This document shows, piece after piece, positions 9,099 through 18,568 of a stretch of 42,647 nt of DNA (its first letter is position 1; each line of letters opens with the position of its first letter). The DNA comes from an uncultured Actinomycetes bacterium. Its GTDB lineage: Bacteria; Actinomycetota; Thermoleophilia; UBA2241. Under the pieces are notes generated by a model. The model searched no databases. It was not told the DNA's origin and saw only the letters and a program-made list of their open reading frames with translations. The DNA lies in the NCBI GenBank assembly GCA_963725665.1, contig CAVRZA010000007.1, positions 1 through 42,647 on the forward strand. The letters are read 5' to 3'. The position numbers and the translations under genes were made by a program.

Positions 9099-9932
9099 CT
9101 ACGCCTTGCTCAGAAACAGCGCGCCCAGCGTCACGCTCTCGCCCGGCTTCACGGGAACGCTCAGCGGCTGGTAGCCGGCGCCCTTGAGCGTGAGCGTGTA
9201 CTCGCTGCCCGGCTCGAGCTTGTCGATCAGAAAGCCACCGTAGTTGTCGGTGGTCGCTCGGCCCACTTCGCGGCCGTCGAGGAGCACGGTCACCGTGACA
9301 CCCTCAGCGCACTCGTCGCGCGTCTCGTCGACGACACTACCGGCCACGAAGACCTTCGTCCACCGGTGCAGGTTCCTGTAATAGACGCGCGGCACGGTAC
9401 CCAGGCTGTCGCGGTAGCGCTCGAGCCCCTCGGCGGCCACGCGGCCGGCCATCTCCTCGTCGCTTCCCAAGAACAGCTTGATGGCGTCGGTCGGACAAAC
9501 CTGCGAGCAACGCGTCTCCGTCCACCCCTCGTCCAGCAGGTGAGCGCAGCCGGTGCACTTCTGCGGGAGCCGCTGTTCCTCGTTCCAGTAGATGACGCTG
9601 TAAGGGCAGCTCGCCGCGATGTCCGTGCGTCCCGCCGCCTTCACCGGGTCGATGATCACCAGGCCGTCCTCACGCTTGTACACGGCGCCGTCGTCGGTGA
9701 GGCACGGCGCCTCGTCGCAGTGCATGCAGGGCGTCGGCAGGTAGGCGGTCTGCACGGTCGGGAACTGGCCGCGCTCGCGGCGCTGGATGTTCATCCAGCG
9801 CTGGCCGTGCCACGGCTGGCCGGCCGAGTAGGGCGGGAAGTCGTTCTCGACGAACTCGTCCTTGTCGGCCAGGAAGCAGTCGTTGCAGTCGTGGCAGCGG
9901 GCAATGTCAACGATCAGATGCCACTTCTTCAT
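9099..9932 (-). CDS. bthL: Pyrogallol hydroxytransferase (transhydroxylase) small subunit homolog: 4Fe-4S domains plus C-terminal beta-sandwich
   Basis: CHDCNDC, WMNIQRRERG, PTPCMHCDEAPC, CPYSVIYWNEE, QKCTGCAHLLD and PRVYYRNL match my recollection of Pelobacter acidigallici BthL. The ATG overlaps the large-subunit stop (ATGA). Confidence 0.88.
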   Translation of the reverse strand: MKKWHLIVDIARCHDCNDCFLADKDEFVENDFPPYSAGQPWHGQRWMNIQRRERGQFPTVQTAYLPTPCMHCDEAPCLTDDGAVYKREDGLVIIDPVKAAGRTDIAASCPYSVIYWNEEQRLPQKCTGCAHLLDEGWTETRCSQVCPTDAIKLFLGSDEEMAGRVAAEGLERYRDSLGTVPRVYYRNLHRWTKVFVAGSVVDETRDECAEGVTVTVLLDGREVGRATTDNYGGFLIDKLEPGSEYTLTLKGAGYQPLSVPVKPGESVTLGALFLSKA

Positions 9933-12532
9933 TGGGCCACCTCCTCCCACTTCTCGACCTGGATCAGACACGAGTTGTTGGACATGCCCGTCGACGTCGG
10001 CGTGATGAAGCGCTTGGTCGTGAGCAGGTTGACGCAGCCGGCGATGTCGGTCGAGGCGCCTGGCTCGCCCAGAGGCAAGTAGTCGGCACAGCTCTCGTAG
10101 GAGTGGACAGTGCCGGGACCGACTCGCTCGGTGAGCTGCGCCGACAGGATCACGGAGCCACGGTCGTTGAAGGCGCGGATGAGGTCGCCTTCGGCGATGC
10201 CCCGCGCCTGCGCGTCCTTGGTGTTGAGGCGCATCACCCAGTAGTAGTGCCCGTCGTCGTGCAGAATGCGATGCTCCGGGACCTCGTTGAGCCAGCTCTC
10301 CTTGGAGTCGCCCATGGTGTGGAAGCTGAAGCGTGGGTGCGGGCTCACCATCTGCAGGGGGTACTTGTCGTACAGCTCGGCGGTATGGTGCCCCTCCCAC
10401 GAGGGGATGTACTGCGGACCCATCGCTGGCCGTTCGGGATCGACGACGTCGAGCTCCAGATGCTTGAGGGCGGTACTGACGAACTCAATCTTGCCCGAGG
10501 CCGTCTGCAGTCCCCTCAGCCCGACGGTGTCGCCCGGCGCCGGGCCCCAGTCTGGCGTGTCGCGCACGCGCCCCTCAGCGAACCAGCGCATGGCCGGAGT
10601 CGAGACGTGATCTTCCGGGAAGGGGACGACGAAGTAACCCTTCTTCTCGAACTCCTCCCAGGTGATGTACTTGGGCAGGTCGGTCACCGCGAAGTAGAGC
10701 TTGCACCAGTCGAGCTCGTCACGGCCTCCCTCTGTATAAAGGTCGCCGATGCCCATGCGCTCGCACACCGCAGCGAAGATGTCGTAGTCCGACTTGCTCT
10801 CGCCCAGCGGCTCGATGCACTTCTTCTGGAAGACGATCACGCGGTGGTTGGTCTGGATGTAGTTGTCGGCGATGTAGCCCGAGCAGTTGCCGAACTCGCT
10901 CATGTCCCAGCGCTCGAAGTTGGTGCAGGCCGGGAGGATGAGGTCCGCGAACTTGGCCTCGCCCTCCATCCAGATCGATTGGTTGACGACGAAGCTGACC
11001 TTGCCCTCCTGGTAGGCCTTCACGTAGCGGTTCGTCTGCTGCATGGTGCCGAAGAACGAGCCCCCGTAGCGCCAGTACATCTCCACGAAAGGGTAGCCCG
11101 GGGCGGGGTACTGGTGCTTCTGCATCTGGCTCTGGATGGAGGAGCCGCTGAAGCCCTTGCCCCGCCACTCGAAGCGTTCGTGCATCATCGCCTCGGGGAT
11201 GCGCAGGCGTGGGATGGCCTGCCCCTCGGGGGAGTCGTGGGGGTTGACCGTGGGGTGCGAACCGGACCCGTGGGGGAACATGCGATACGTCCAGCGGTAG
11301 GCCGACGCCGACTTCTCGGGGTCGCCGGAGATGCCGCCTTCGGCGTAGCCGGGGAAGATGAACGACTCGTCGGCGGGCGCGCCTTGTGTCGTGCCCCAGA
11401 TGTTGCTGCCCGGTTTCCCGTAACCCTGCATGGCGGCGAGGGCCACCATAGTGCGTGCCCACTCGTTACCAGTGGCGGAGCGACAGGCCCCGCCCCAGCC
11501 GCCGAGGCCGCCGGCGGCGAGCATCGTCTTCTTGGCGCCCCACTCGCGGGCCAGGGCGCGGATCTCGCGCGCCGGGATGCCGCACTCGTTCTCGGCCCAC
11601 TCGGGCGTCTTGGGCACGCTGCCGCTCTTACCGAGCACGTAGTCCTTCCACTCGTCGAAGCCTTGGGTGTGCTCGGCGACGTACTCCTTGTCGTAGAGAC
11701 CCTCGGCAAACCAGGTGTGGGCGATGCCCAGGCCGAACGCCACGTCCGTGCCCAAGCGCGGCGCGAACCATTTGTCTGAGAAGAGCTCAGCGGTGGGGGT
11801 GAAGTAGGGATCGATGAACACCATCTTGACCCCCAGCTCCTTCATCCAGTAGCGCCGCGACGTGCTCTCGAAGGCCGCGTAGATGCCGCCGCCGGTGGTC
11901 TCGGGGTCGGCCGACCAGAACACGACCATCTCGCAGTGCTTGAGCGCATCCTCGAGCAGGTCCCATTGCTCGGGGGCGCCGAGGCGGTGGCTGTTGCCCC
12001 ACATCGGGATGGCGCCCCAGTGCCATCCCTCCCAGCTGTCGGGGTTGTGCGCGCACTTGGAGAAACCCATGAGGTTGAGGAAGCGGGCGTAGGCACTGTG
12101 CCTGTAGCCGACGTTGCCCCACAGGTGGTGTGAGCTCTCGGTGGTCATGATGGAGCCGGGGCCGATCTCACGATGGCAGCGCTCGACCTCGTCGGCGACG
12201 ATGTCGAGCGCAGCCTCCCAGCTGATGGGCTCATAGCCGGAGACACCGCGGTTGCGGACGTTGCGCGCGCCCTTGTGGTCGAAGTCGACGCGCTTGAGCG
12301 GCGTGAGGATGCGCTTGGGCGAGTAGACCATGGAGCGCTGCGCCTGGGCGTGCGGCGACAGGGTGGTGCGGCGCGGCGGCGTGAAGCGGCGCCCCCGCGC
12401 CTCGATCACCCAGTCGCCCTTGTCGTCGTCGTCAAGGTCGATCGGGAACATGCGGACGATGCGCCCGTCCTTCACGTCGACGTAGAGAGGTCCCCCTGTC
12501 GTGCTGTTGGTCAGTCTTACGACGTCCCCCAT
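9929..12532 (-). CDS. athL: Pyrogallol hydroxytransferase large subunit homolog (DMSO reductase family, Mo-bisPGD, Ser ligand)
   Basis: N-terminus MGDVVRLTNSTTGGP; SSHHLWGNVGYRHS, HNPDSWEGWHWG, GGLGGWGGACR, FPGYAEGGISGD, NCSGYI and SPHPRFS match AthL as I recall it. GGAGG SD; no signal peptide. Confidence 0.9.
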   Translation of the reverse strand: MGDVVRLTNSTTGGPLYVDVKDGRIVRMFPIDLDDDDKGDWVIEARGRRFTPPRRTTLSPHAQAQRSMVYSPKRILTPLKRVDFDHKGARNVRNRGVSGYEPISWEAALDIVADEVERCHREIGPGSIMTTESSHHLWGNVGYRHSAYARFLNLMGFSKCAHNPDSWEGWHWGAIPMWGNSHRLGAPEQWDLLEDALKHCEMVVFWSADPETTGGGIYAAFESTSRRYWMKELGVKMVFIDPYFTPTAELFSDKWFAPRLGTDVAFGLGIAHTWFAEGLYDKEYVAEHTQGFDEWKDYVLGKSGSVPKTPEWAENECGIPAREIRALAREWGAKKTMLAAGGLGGWGGACRSATGNEWARTMVALAAMQGYGKPGSNIWGTTQGAPADESFIFPGYAEGGISGDPEKSASAYRWTYRMFPHGSGSHPTVNPHDSPEGQAIPRLRIPEAMMHERFEWRGKGFSGSSIQSQMQKHQYPAPGYPFVEMYWRYGGSFFGTMQQTNRYVKAYQEGKVSFVVNQSIWMEGEAKFADLILPACTNFERWDMSEFGNCSGYIADNYIQTNHRVIVFQKKCIEPLGESKSDYDIFAAVCERMGIGDLYTEGGRDELDWCKLYFAVTDLPKYITWEEFEKKGYFVVPFPEDHVSTPAMRWFAEGRVRDTPDWGPAPGDTVGLRGLQTASGKIEFVSTALKHLELDVVDPERPAMGPQYIPSWEGHHTAELYDKYPLQMVSPHPRFSFHTMGDSKESWLNEVPEHRILHDDGHYYWVMRLNTKDAQARGIAEGDLIRAFNDRGSVILSAQLTERVGPGTVHSYESCADYLPLGEPGASTDIAGCVNLLTTKRFITPTSTGMSNNSCLIQVEKWEEVAQ

Positions 12533-12604
12533 AGTCCTCCCACCTCCGCTTTCGAGTCCGATCAAGCGCCAAGGAGGCAACGGCATCGGGCCGTAGCGCA
12601 CCCA

Positions 12605-12640
12605 ATCCACGATGCAGACGGCATAGTCCGCAGTACGGGC
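12605..12640. promoter_or_regulatory. Paired 15-bp boxes, putative IclR operator upstream of athL
   Basis: ATCCACGATGCAGAC (12605-12619) and GTCCGCAGTACGGGC (12626-12640), 21-bp spacing. The second is one mismatch from GTNCG-N5-CGNAC. Confidence 0.55.
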
Positions 12641-12761
12641 ATACTACGTTCGGCCCCGTCGCCGTTCAAGCGATGGAGTCTCTCGTCGAACGGGGTGTGC
12701 CGTCGAGGTCGCAGGCGACAAGGCGAGGAGCCACGCGCCGCGATCAGCCGGACGCCGCTTC

Positions 12762-13589
12762 TCAGCGGAACGGGAGATCGCTGGCCGCGATCGCAACCGT
12801 TGTGAGGCCCTCCCGGAAGACCCGCCGGTGCGCGCCTTCCATCACGCAGCGGCGAACCCCTTCTGGATCGGTCACGACGGCGCCCGCTAGTAGGTCGACG
12901 CCATACCCGAACCACACCTGCGAGAGTGGCACGCTCGGCCCAACCAGCACCGTGTAGGCCGACCGCGACAGTTCCAATAGTCTCGGCAGCGTCTTGTTCG
13001 TCACCGCGGTGCCCGTGATGCAGACGCAGTCCTGCTCAGGCAGCAGGTACTCGCAGGCCGGATCCGGTGTGTCTGCGCCATCTGGCTTGCGTTCGAGGAC
13101 GGTCAGGTCACACGTATCAGCGACCTTCTTGAGTACAGGGAAGTGGCCGACGACCGCCACTCTGCCACCGGCGAACTGCTCGGCGATCCGCTCGAAGAGC
13201 CCCGTGCCGCTCACCACGAAGTCCTCCAGCGCCCCCTGCGTCATCTCCTCGATTCTCTCGCGACTGTTCACGACTGCGTTGATGGCCGAGCAACCGATCG
13301 CCGCTTCGTAGTAGTTCCAGCTCAGCACCCAGCGTGCCGCGGTGTGCAGGTCGGTCCCGGCCACGGATCCCGGCAGCATCGACTCGTCAAGGCCCTGTGC
13401 GAACGTGAGAGCAACGCCGGCATTACCGTCGTCGGTCACCACCGACGTCCACACAAGCCCAACAACACAATCGACGACGGCGCCACCCGGCACCTCTTTC
13501 AGCAGATCATGGTACGGCCGCCAAGCCGGGGAGTCGCACTCACCCCAAGGCCCTACGGCCGGCACGGCAAGTTCGAACGGTTGCACCAC
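12762..13589 (-). CDS. DUF364/DUF4213 family protein (Rossmann-like, putative metal chelation)
   Basis: EAAIGCSAINA, VAVVGHFP, LTVLER, ITGTAVTNKTLPRLL and LVGPSVPL motifs. Confidence 0.85.
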   Translation of the reverse strand: MVQPFELAVPAVGPWGECDSPAWRPYHDLLKEVPGGAVVDCVVGLVWTSVVTDDGNAGVALTFAQGLDESMLPGSVAGTDLHTAARWVLSWNYYEAAIGCSAINAVVNSRERIEEMTQGALEDFVVSGTGLFERIAEQFAGGRVAVVGHFPVLKKVADTCDLTVLERKPDGADTPDPACEYLLPEQDCVCITGTAVTNKTLPRLLELSRSAYTVLVGPSVPLSQVWFGYGVDLLAGAVVTDPEGVRRCVMEGAHRRVFREGLTTVAIAASDLPFR

Positions 13590-13598
13590 GTGACCTCC

Positions 13599-14714
13599 TC
13601 AGGTGATCAGTCGTTGCAGCGGCCGTCCGGTCAGGTGTTCGACAGCCGCAGCAAGGCGCATGGCGACCTCGAGGCGGCGGCGAGCGGCATGACATGCGGC
13701 TTCGTCACCGGCGAAACGCTCGAGCGCTTCGCTCAGTCGTTGTTCCAGGGAGATTACAGTGACCTCACGCACCAGCTTGTCGGCGAGATAGAGAACCTCC
13801 CCCTCGCCGGGGATCGTCGCCACTGGCTCGGGGACGTCCATGTGACGGGCAACCACGGCAGCGACACGGGGCAAGCCAGACGCGGTCAGGTAGGCGGCGC
13901 TCGCCGCGGCATGGTGACGTTGTTCGCGACGCACGTCGTGGAGCAGCGCTGCTGCATTCAGCAGCTTGAGATTGAGGCAGGCACCGGCCTGGTTGAGCGC
14001 CTGGCCGAGGCCGTGCGCCACGCGGGCAACGGCCTCACCGTGCACCCGCACCGCCCGGGACACGCCCCACTGCTCGCAGAGCTGCCGGCACTCGTCGGGA
14101 GCCGGCACGCGTTCGGCGCGGACGAGCTCGGCCACCCGCACGTAGTCCTGCGCATCGTTCATGTCGACCAGCACGCCGCCGTCCTCGACAGGCACCTCGA
14201 GAGCACGGTCATCGAACGCCGCCAGTACGTCGCGCAGCCCGCTCGGGGGGTCGTGCGTCAAAATGGCGTCGCGCACGACTTGGCGGAAGAGCGGAGGGTG
14301 ACCACGACGACCGGCACGCACGGGATGGACCACCTCGCAGTCGTCTGCGACCGCCGTGCGAAGCAGGCGACCCACAGTCTCGGCACGCACCAGGGGGCAG
14401 TCGACCGGCAAGACGCCGATCCACTTTGCGTCCGAGCCAGCGGCCGTGACGCCGGCGACGACAGAGGAGAACATGCCCCGTTCGTAGCCCTGGTTTGTCA
14501 CGTGACGCACGTCGACGCCGTCGAGCAGCACGGCCAGCCGCTCGGCCGCGAACCCGAGCACCACGATGGGCTCGACACCGATGTCGGCGAAGACTTCGGC
14601 GCATCGCACGACGGCGGGCACGTCACCGACAGGCAGGAGCGACTTCGGCTCGCCCATCCGACTTGAGAGCCCACCGGCCAGCACCACACCCGAGAGGACA
14701 CTGCCCTGCGTCAC
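13599..14714 (-). CDS. MocA-like nucleotidyltransferase fused to an HD domain (DVU_1551 family)
   Basis: VVLAGGLSSRMGEPK, GMFSSV, PVDCP, GHPPL and DMNDAQDY motifs; C-terminal HGEAV...LLHDV...HH...HMD...YLADK HD domain. Confidence 0.88.
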   Translation of the reverse strand: MTQGSVLSGVVLAGGLSSRMGEPKSLLPVGDVPAVVRCAEVFADIGVEPIVVLGFAAERLAVLLDGVDVRHVTNQGYERGMFSSVVAGVTAAGSDAKWIGVLPVDCPLVRAETVGRLLRTAVADDCEVVHPVRAGRRGHPPLFRQVVRDAILTHDPPSGLRDVLAAFDDRALEVPVEDGGVLVDMNDAQDYVRVAELVRAERVPAPDECRQLCEQWGVSRAVRVHGEAVARVAHGLGQALNQAGACLNLKLLNAAALLHDVRREQRHHAAASAAYLTASGLPRVAAVVARHMDVPEPVATIPGEGEVLYLADKLVREVTVISLEQRLSEALERFAGDEAACHAARRRLEVAMRLAAAVEHLTGRPLQRLIT

Positions 14715-15751
14715 GAGGCTTCTGCCCTCACTTGGATCATCTCGGCGACGATGCTGACGGCGAGCTCGCCCGGTGTCTCAGCTCCGATCGCGAGGCCGAT
14801 CGGCGAGTGCACGCGGTCGAGTTCGCCATCACTGAAACCGTCGGCGCGCAAAGCATCGTAGAAGCGCTTGCGCTTAGTACGGCTCCCCATCAGGCCGATG
14901 TACCCGGCCTCGGTGCGCAGAGCCTGCCTCAGGACACTCATGTCGTGGGTGTGACCGCGTGTGACGATGACGACGTAGCTGTGTGGACCGACATCGAGAC
15001 CCGAGAAAGCTTCGTCGAACGAATCGAGTGTCGTGACCGACTCCGCCTCTGGGAACCGCTGCGGATCGGCGAACTCCCGACGATCGTCGAGAACGACGGG
15101 CCCGAAGCCGGCACAGCGCGCCACGGGCGCCAACGCTGCGCCGACATGCCCGGCTCCGCAGATGACGACCTGGAAGGGTGGTTCGACTGCCTCGACGACC
15201 ACGGCGCGGCCATCGGGAAGCAGCGCGGCCCCGTGCCGCATGGCCTCGCCCACGAGCTCACTAAGGGAGGCGGAGTCGCAGGGCGCGCTGCCGCGGATAC
15301 TGCCGTCCTCGCCCGAGAGGCAGAAGGCGACCTCCCCTCCATCCCCAGACGGCAAGATCGTGCAGAACCAGACCCGCCGGCGGTCGCTCACAGCGAGCTT
15401 GATCTCGCGGCAGATCTCAAGTAGAGGGCGGTCTCCAGCCGAAACGCGCGCGATCAACACCTGCGCTTTGCCCCCGCACACCATCTTCTCCGCGCTGGAC
15501 ACGTCGTCGCCCGTCAGCTCCAGACTAGTGACGCGCGAGCGGCGCTCGCCAAGCGCCTCGGCGGCTTCCTTCATCATGGTGGCTTCGAGCAGCCCGCCGC
15601 CGATCGTGCCGGCTATCGACCCGTCTTCGCGCACGAGCATCTGCGCCCCTGCGGCGCGCGGCGTTGAGCCGCTCTCACTCACGAGGGTCAGGAGTGCAAA
15701 GTCCCTGCCTGCCTCGAGTTGCTCCAGGACCTGGTCGAGTATCTCACGCAT
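14711..15751 (-). CDS. xdhC: XdhC family molybdo-enzyme maturation factor
   Basis: GSTPRAAGAQM, GTIGGGLLE, MVCGG, CGAGHVG, VTRGHTHD, YIGLMGSRTK and SPIGLAIGAETPGELAVSI motifs. Confidence 0.93.
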   Translation of the reverse strand: MREILDQVLEQLEAGRDFALLTLVSESGSTPRAAGAQMLVREDGSIAGTIGGGLLEATMMKEAAEALGERRSRVTSLELTGDDVSSAEKMVCGGKAQVLIARVSAGDRPLLEICREIKLAVSDRRRVWFCTILPSGDGGEVAFCLSGEDGSIRGSAPCDSASLSELVGEAMRHGAALLPDGRAVVVEAVEPPFQVVICGAGHVGAALAPVARCAGFGPVVLDDRREFADPQRFPEAESVTTLDSFDEAFSGLDVGPHSYVVIVTRGHTHDMSVLRQALRTEAGYIGLMGSRTKRKRFYDALRADGFSDGELDRVHSPIGLAIGAETPGELAVSIVAEMIQVRAEAS

Positions 15752-17138
15752 CGGCCACCTCTCTCTGTCGCTCGTCCACGAGAGTCCTCTTGGACATTCC
15801 ACTGGAGCTGGGCCATGAGATCTCGTCAGCCTCGCAGACGACGACCTCCAGCGCCCCACGCCGGACCGAATCCGCCAACCTCGATGCGTTCATCAGAACC
15901 CCCCTCGCGGCCGCTGCGACCTGCCCGGACCGAGGCTCTGTCCGAAGGTCGATCACGAGCGCCTCGTGGCCGCGTTCACTGACGACGCGCGCAGCAAAGT
16001 CGGCCACCCCGTCGAGGCCGAGCAGCCAGTCATCGAGTTCTGCGATGCACAACTCGACTCCTCCGCTCAGCTGGATCGCCTCACCACGGCGCCCCGCGAC
16101 AGGAGCCAACAGCCGGAGTGAGGAGCCACAGGGACAGACGTGGGGGACGAAGCGAGCAAGGTCTCCCGTGCGATAGCGGATGAGAGGCATCGCGTCTCGC
16201 GTGAGCGTCGTGAACACCACCTCACCCATCTCGCCGGGCTGAACGGATGACCCCGAGAGCGGCGACACCACTTCGAACATTAGGTCCGCCTCACGAAGGT
16301 GGTAGCCGGCGTGCGCGGCGCACTCCACTCCACCGCCAAGTCCCATCTCCGTCGAGCCATAGTGGTCGTAGACCGAACAGTGCCACGCCTCCTCGATCGT
16401 GCGCCGCACGGTTGCGGGCAGGCGATCAGCGCTCAGAAGCACCTCGCGTACGCCCGCCACCGGCGCCGCTGTGCGCTGGCTGTGCCGGACGAGGGCCAGG
16501 ACCTGTGTCGGGAGGCCGACGATGATTGAAGCCCTCGTCTCGCACAAAGCCTCCAGCGCGGCGCCCACGTCGCGAACGGGGCCGTGGACGGTCACCGTGG
16601 CGCCGAGGCGGGGGAGCGCCCGGGCCAGCAGCTCGCCGACACTGCCAGGGCGCTCCCCCGGCATCAGCACGAGCACGTGGTCGCCGGCGCGCGTGAACGT
16701 GGACATGCCATGATGGAAGAAGTCGACCGTCAGTTCCTGGTCGCTCCCGCTGAAATAGATGCGTTTCGGCGCGCCTGTGGTGCCCGACGTCGGCACGGTG
16801 ACGATGCGCTCCACCTCGTCGAGACGAACGCAGAGAAGGCGCGGCCCCTCGCGGCGCAGGTCGTCGGCGCTGGTGAACGGCAGCTCGCGCATCTCCTCGA
16901 GACTGCCGAGTCCGCCGTCGCCGAAATCGGCAAGACTCTCCGCGTAGAAAGGACTCAGCCTGCGCGCGCGCGATAGCGTCTCGTTGAGTCGAGCGAGCTG
17001 CCAAACGGCGAGCTCGGCAAGGTCCAGACAGCCGTCGCGGCGTCCCACACGAGCGGCAATCCAAGCCTCGAGTGGCGTCCGCGCCGGATGGTCGGCCGAT
17101 CGCGTGGGCTGACCCGCTGCATGCACGGCGACGGTCAT
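15744..17138 (-). CDS. Phenylacetate-CoA ligase-like AMP-dependent ligase (DVU_1553 family)
   Basis: TSGTTGAPKR, HYGSTEMG, GEVVFTTL and MPLIRYRTGD motifs. The ATG overlaps the radical SAM stop. Confidence 0.87.
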   Translation of the reverse strand: MTVAVHAAGQPTRSADHPARTPLEAWIAARVGRRDGCLDLAELAVWQLARLNETLSRARRLSPFYAESLADFGDGGLGSLEEMRELPFTSADDLRREGPRLLCVRLDEVERIVTVPTSGTTGAPKRIYFSGSDQELTVDFFHHGMSTFTRAGDHVLVLMPGERPGSVGELLARALPRLGATVTVHGPVRDVGAALEALCETRASIIVGLPTQVLALVRHSQRTAAPVAGVREVLLSADRLPATVRRTIEEAWHCSVYDHYGSTEMGLGGGVECAAHAGYHLREADLMFEVVSPLSGSSVQPGEMGEVVFTTLTRDAMPLIRYRTGDLARFVPHVCPCGSSLRLLAPVAGRRGEAIQLSGGVELCIAELDDWLLGLDGVADFAARVVSERGHEALVIDLRTEPRSGQVAAAARGVLMNASRLADSVRRGALEVVVCEADEISWPSSSGMSKRTLVDERQREVADA

Positions 17139-18568
17139 TGCAGCACTGCCTCGGGGACATGCCGCGGCCGCCAGGCGCCGCTCAACGAGCGGCCTGCCGC
17201 GTCGGTGAGGTTGTAGGCGCAGAACGGCACGAGTCTCAGGTCGCGGCTGAGCACCTGCAGATAGCAGTAGGACAACCGCTCGAGATCCATGGTCCACGCG
17301 TCCTGAAACGCCATGCAACTGATGCTGAACGTGCGCCCGCGCACATCCTCGACCAGCCGGTCCCAGTCGTCCGACTCCCGGCATGCCGAAGCGCTCTCAG
17401 CGGACCCACCCCCACAGCAACAGGAGGATGCCGTCGCCGCGCCGCGCCAGCGCAACGCCGTGCGGCGAGCCTTCTCCTCAGCGGCCATCACTCCACCGCC
17501 GCGCCGTTCGTCCCGGAGCGAGAGCACCCGTCCGCTGGAGAGCCACATGAACTCGCCGTGGAAGGCACACGCGGGGTGCTCACAGGCGGCCGGCTTGAAG
17601 TCGCCGATGCTGAGTCCGTGCCGCGACTGATCGACCACCGCGCGCAGCACCTCAGGCAATGTCACGCGTGGGCGGCCGCCGAACGGTCCCTCGGTGGGAA
17701 CGCGTCCGAAGCGACTGACGGGCTGGAGGTGGACGCCACGGACGGCCGGCAGGTTCGCAACAGCAAGGTCGACGATCGCCCCCACCTCGTGCATGTTGAC
17801 GCCGGGGACCAGCGTTGGGACCAGCACCACCCCCAGACCAGCCTCAGCGCACGCTTCGATGGCACGCATCTTGGTGGTGAACAGCGAGGCGCCGCGCAGG
17901 ACTTGATACGGCGCCTCGCTCACGCCGTCGAACTGGAGGAACACGGTCGACAGCCCCGCCTCCGCGAGCCCCTTCACGTAGTCAGCGTCCCTGGCCAGCC
18001 GCACGCCGTTGGTGTTCAGCTGGAAGAAAGAGAAGCCGTGATCGCGCCCGAGCGCGATGACTGCCGGCAGGTCGTCTCTGAGCGCCGGCTCGCCACCTGA
18101 TAGCTGGATGTTCGCGCGAGGGGCGACATCAGCCAGATACTCGAACCAGCCTCTGATCTCATCGAGAGACGGGTCGGCGGTCCCGTCGCCCACTGATGAC
18201 GCATAGCAGACGGGACAACCCAGATCGCAGCGCGTGGTCACCTCGAAGAGCACGCAGCAGGAAGTCTGCTTGTGGTGATCGCACAGGCCACAGCGAGTCG
18301 GACATCCATGATCTGCATCCGTCAGTCCCGGCCACGCAGGGATTGCCGCTTCTGCATCGGACGAGTTGGCACCCCGCCACTGCAGAAGGTCCGGTGGGCC
18401 GCGCCAGACGATCTCGCGAGCGTCGCCGTGCTCAGGACAGCTTCTGAAGAGGTAGACGTCATCCCCCTGCCGCTCAAGGACTGCCGGCAGGGAGCGGAGG
18501 CAGACGGGGCAGACGCTCCCGGTCTCGGCGATCGTCTCGGCCCGCACGGTATTGCTCATTCCGCTCAC
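17135..18568 (-). CDS. trsS: Radical SAM protein, TrsS-like; no in-frame UGA here
   Basis: N-terminal SVCPVC...CPEHG, CPTRCGLCDHH, CDLGCPVC (CxxxCxxC), QLSGGEP, QLNTNG, MAFQDAW and PFCAYN motifs; position within a DVU_155x-type cluster. Confidence 0.8.
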   Translation of the reverse strand: MSGMSNTVRAETIAETGSVCPVCLRSLPAVLERQGDDVYLFRSCPEHGDAREIVWRGPPDLLQWRGANSSDAEAAIPAWPGLTDADHGCPTRCGLCDHHKQTSCCVLFEVTTRCDLGCPVCYASSVGDGTADPSLDEIRGWFEYLADVAPRANIQLSGGEPALRDDLPAVIALGRDHGFSFFQLNTNGVRLARDADYVKGLAEAGLSTVFLQFDGVSEAPYQVLRGASLFTTKMRAIEACAEAGLGVVLVPTLVPGVNMHEVGAIVDLAVANLPAVRGVHLQPVSRFGRVPTEGPFGGRPRVTLPEVLRAVVDQSRHGLSIGDFKPAACEHPACAFHGEFMWLSSGRVLSLRDERRGGGVMAAEEKARRTALRWRGAATASSCCCGGGSAESASACRESDDWDRLVEDVRGRTFSISCMAFQDAWTMDLERLSYCYLQVLSRDLRLVPFCAYNLTDAAGRSLSGAWRPRHVPEAVLQ

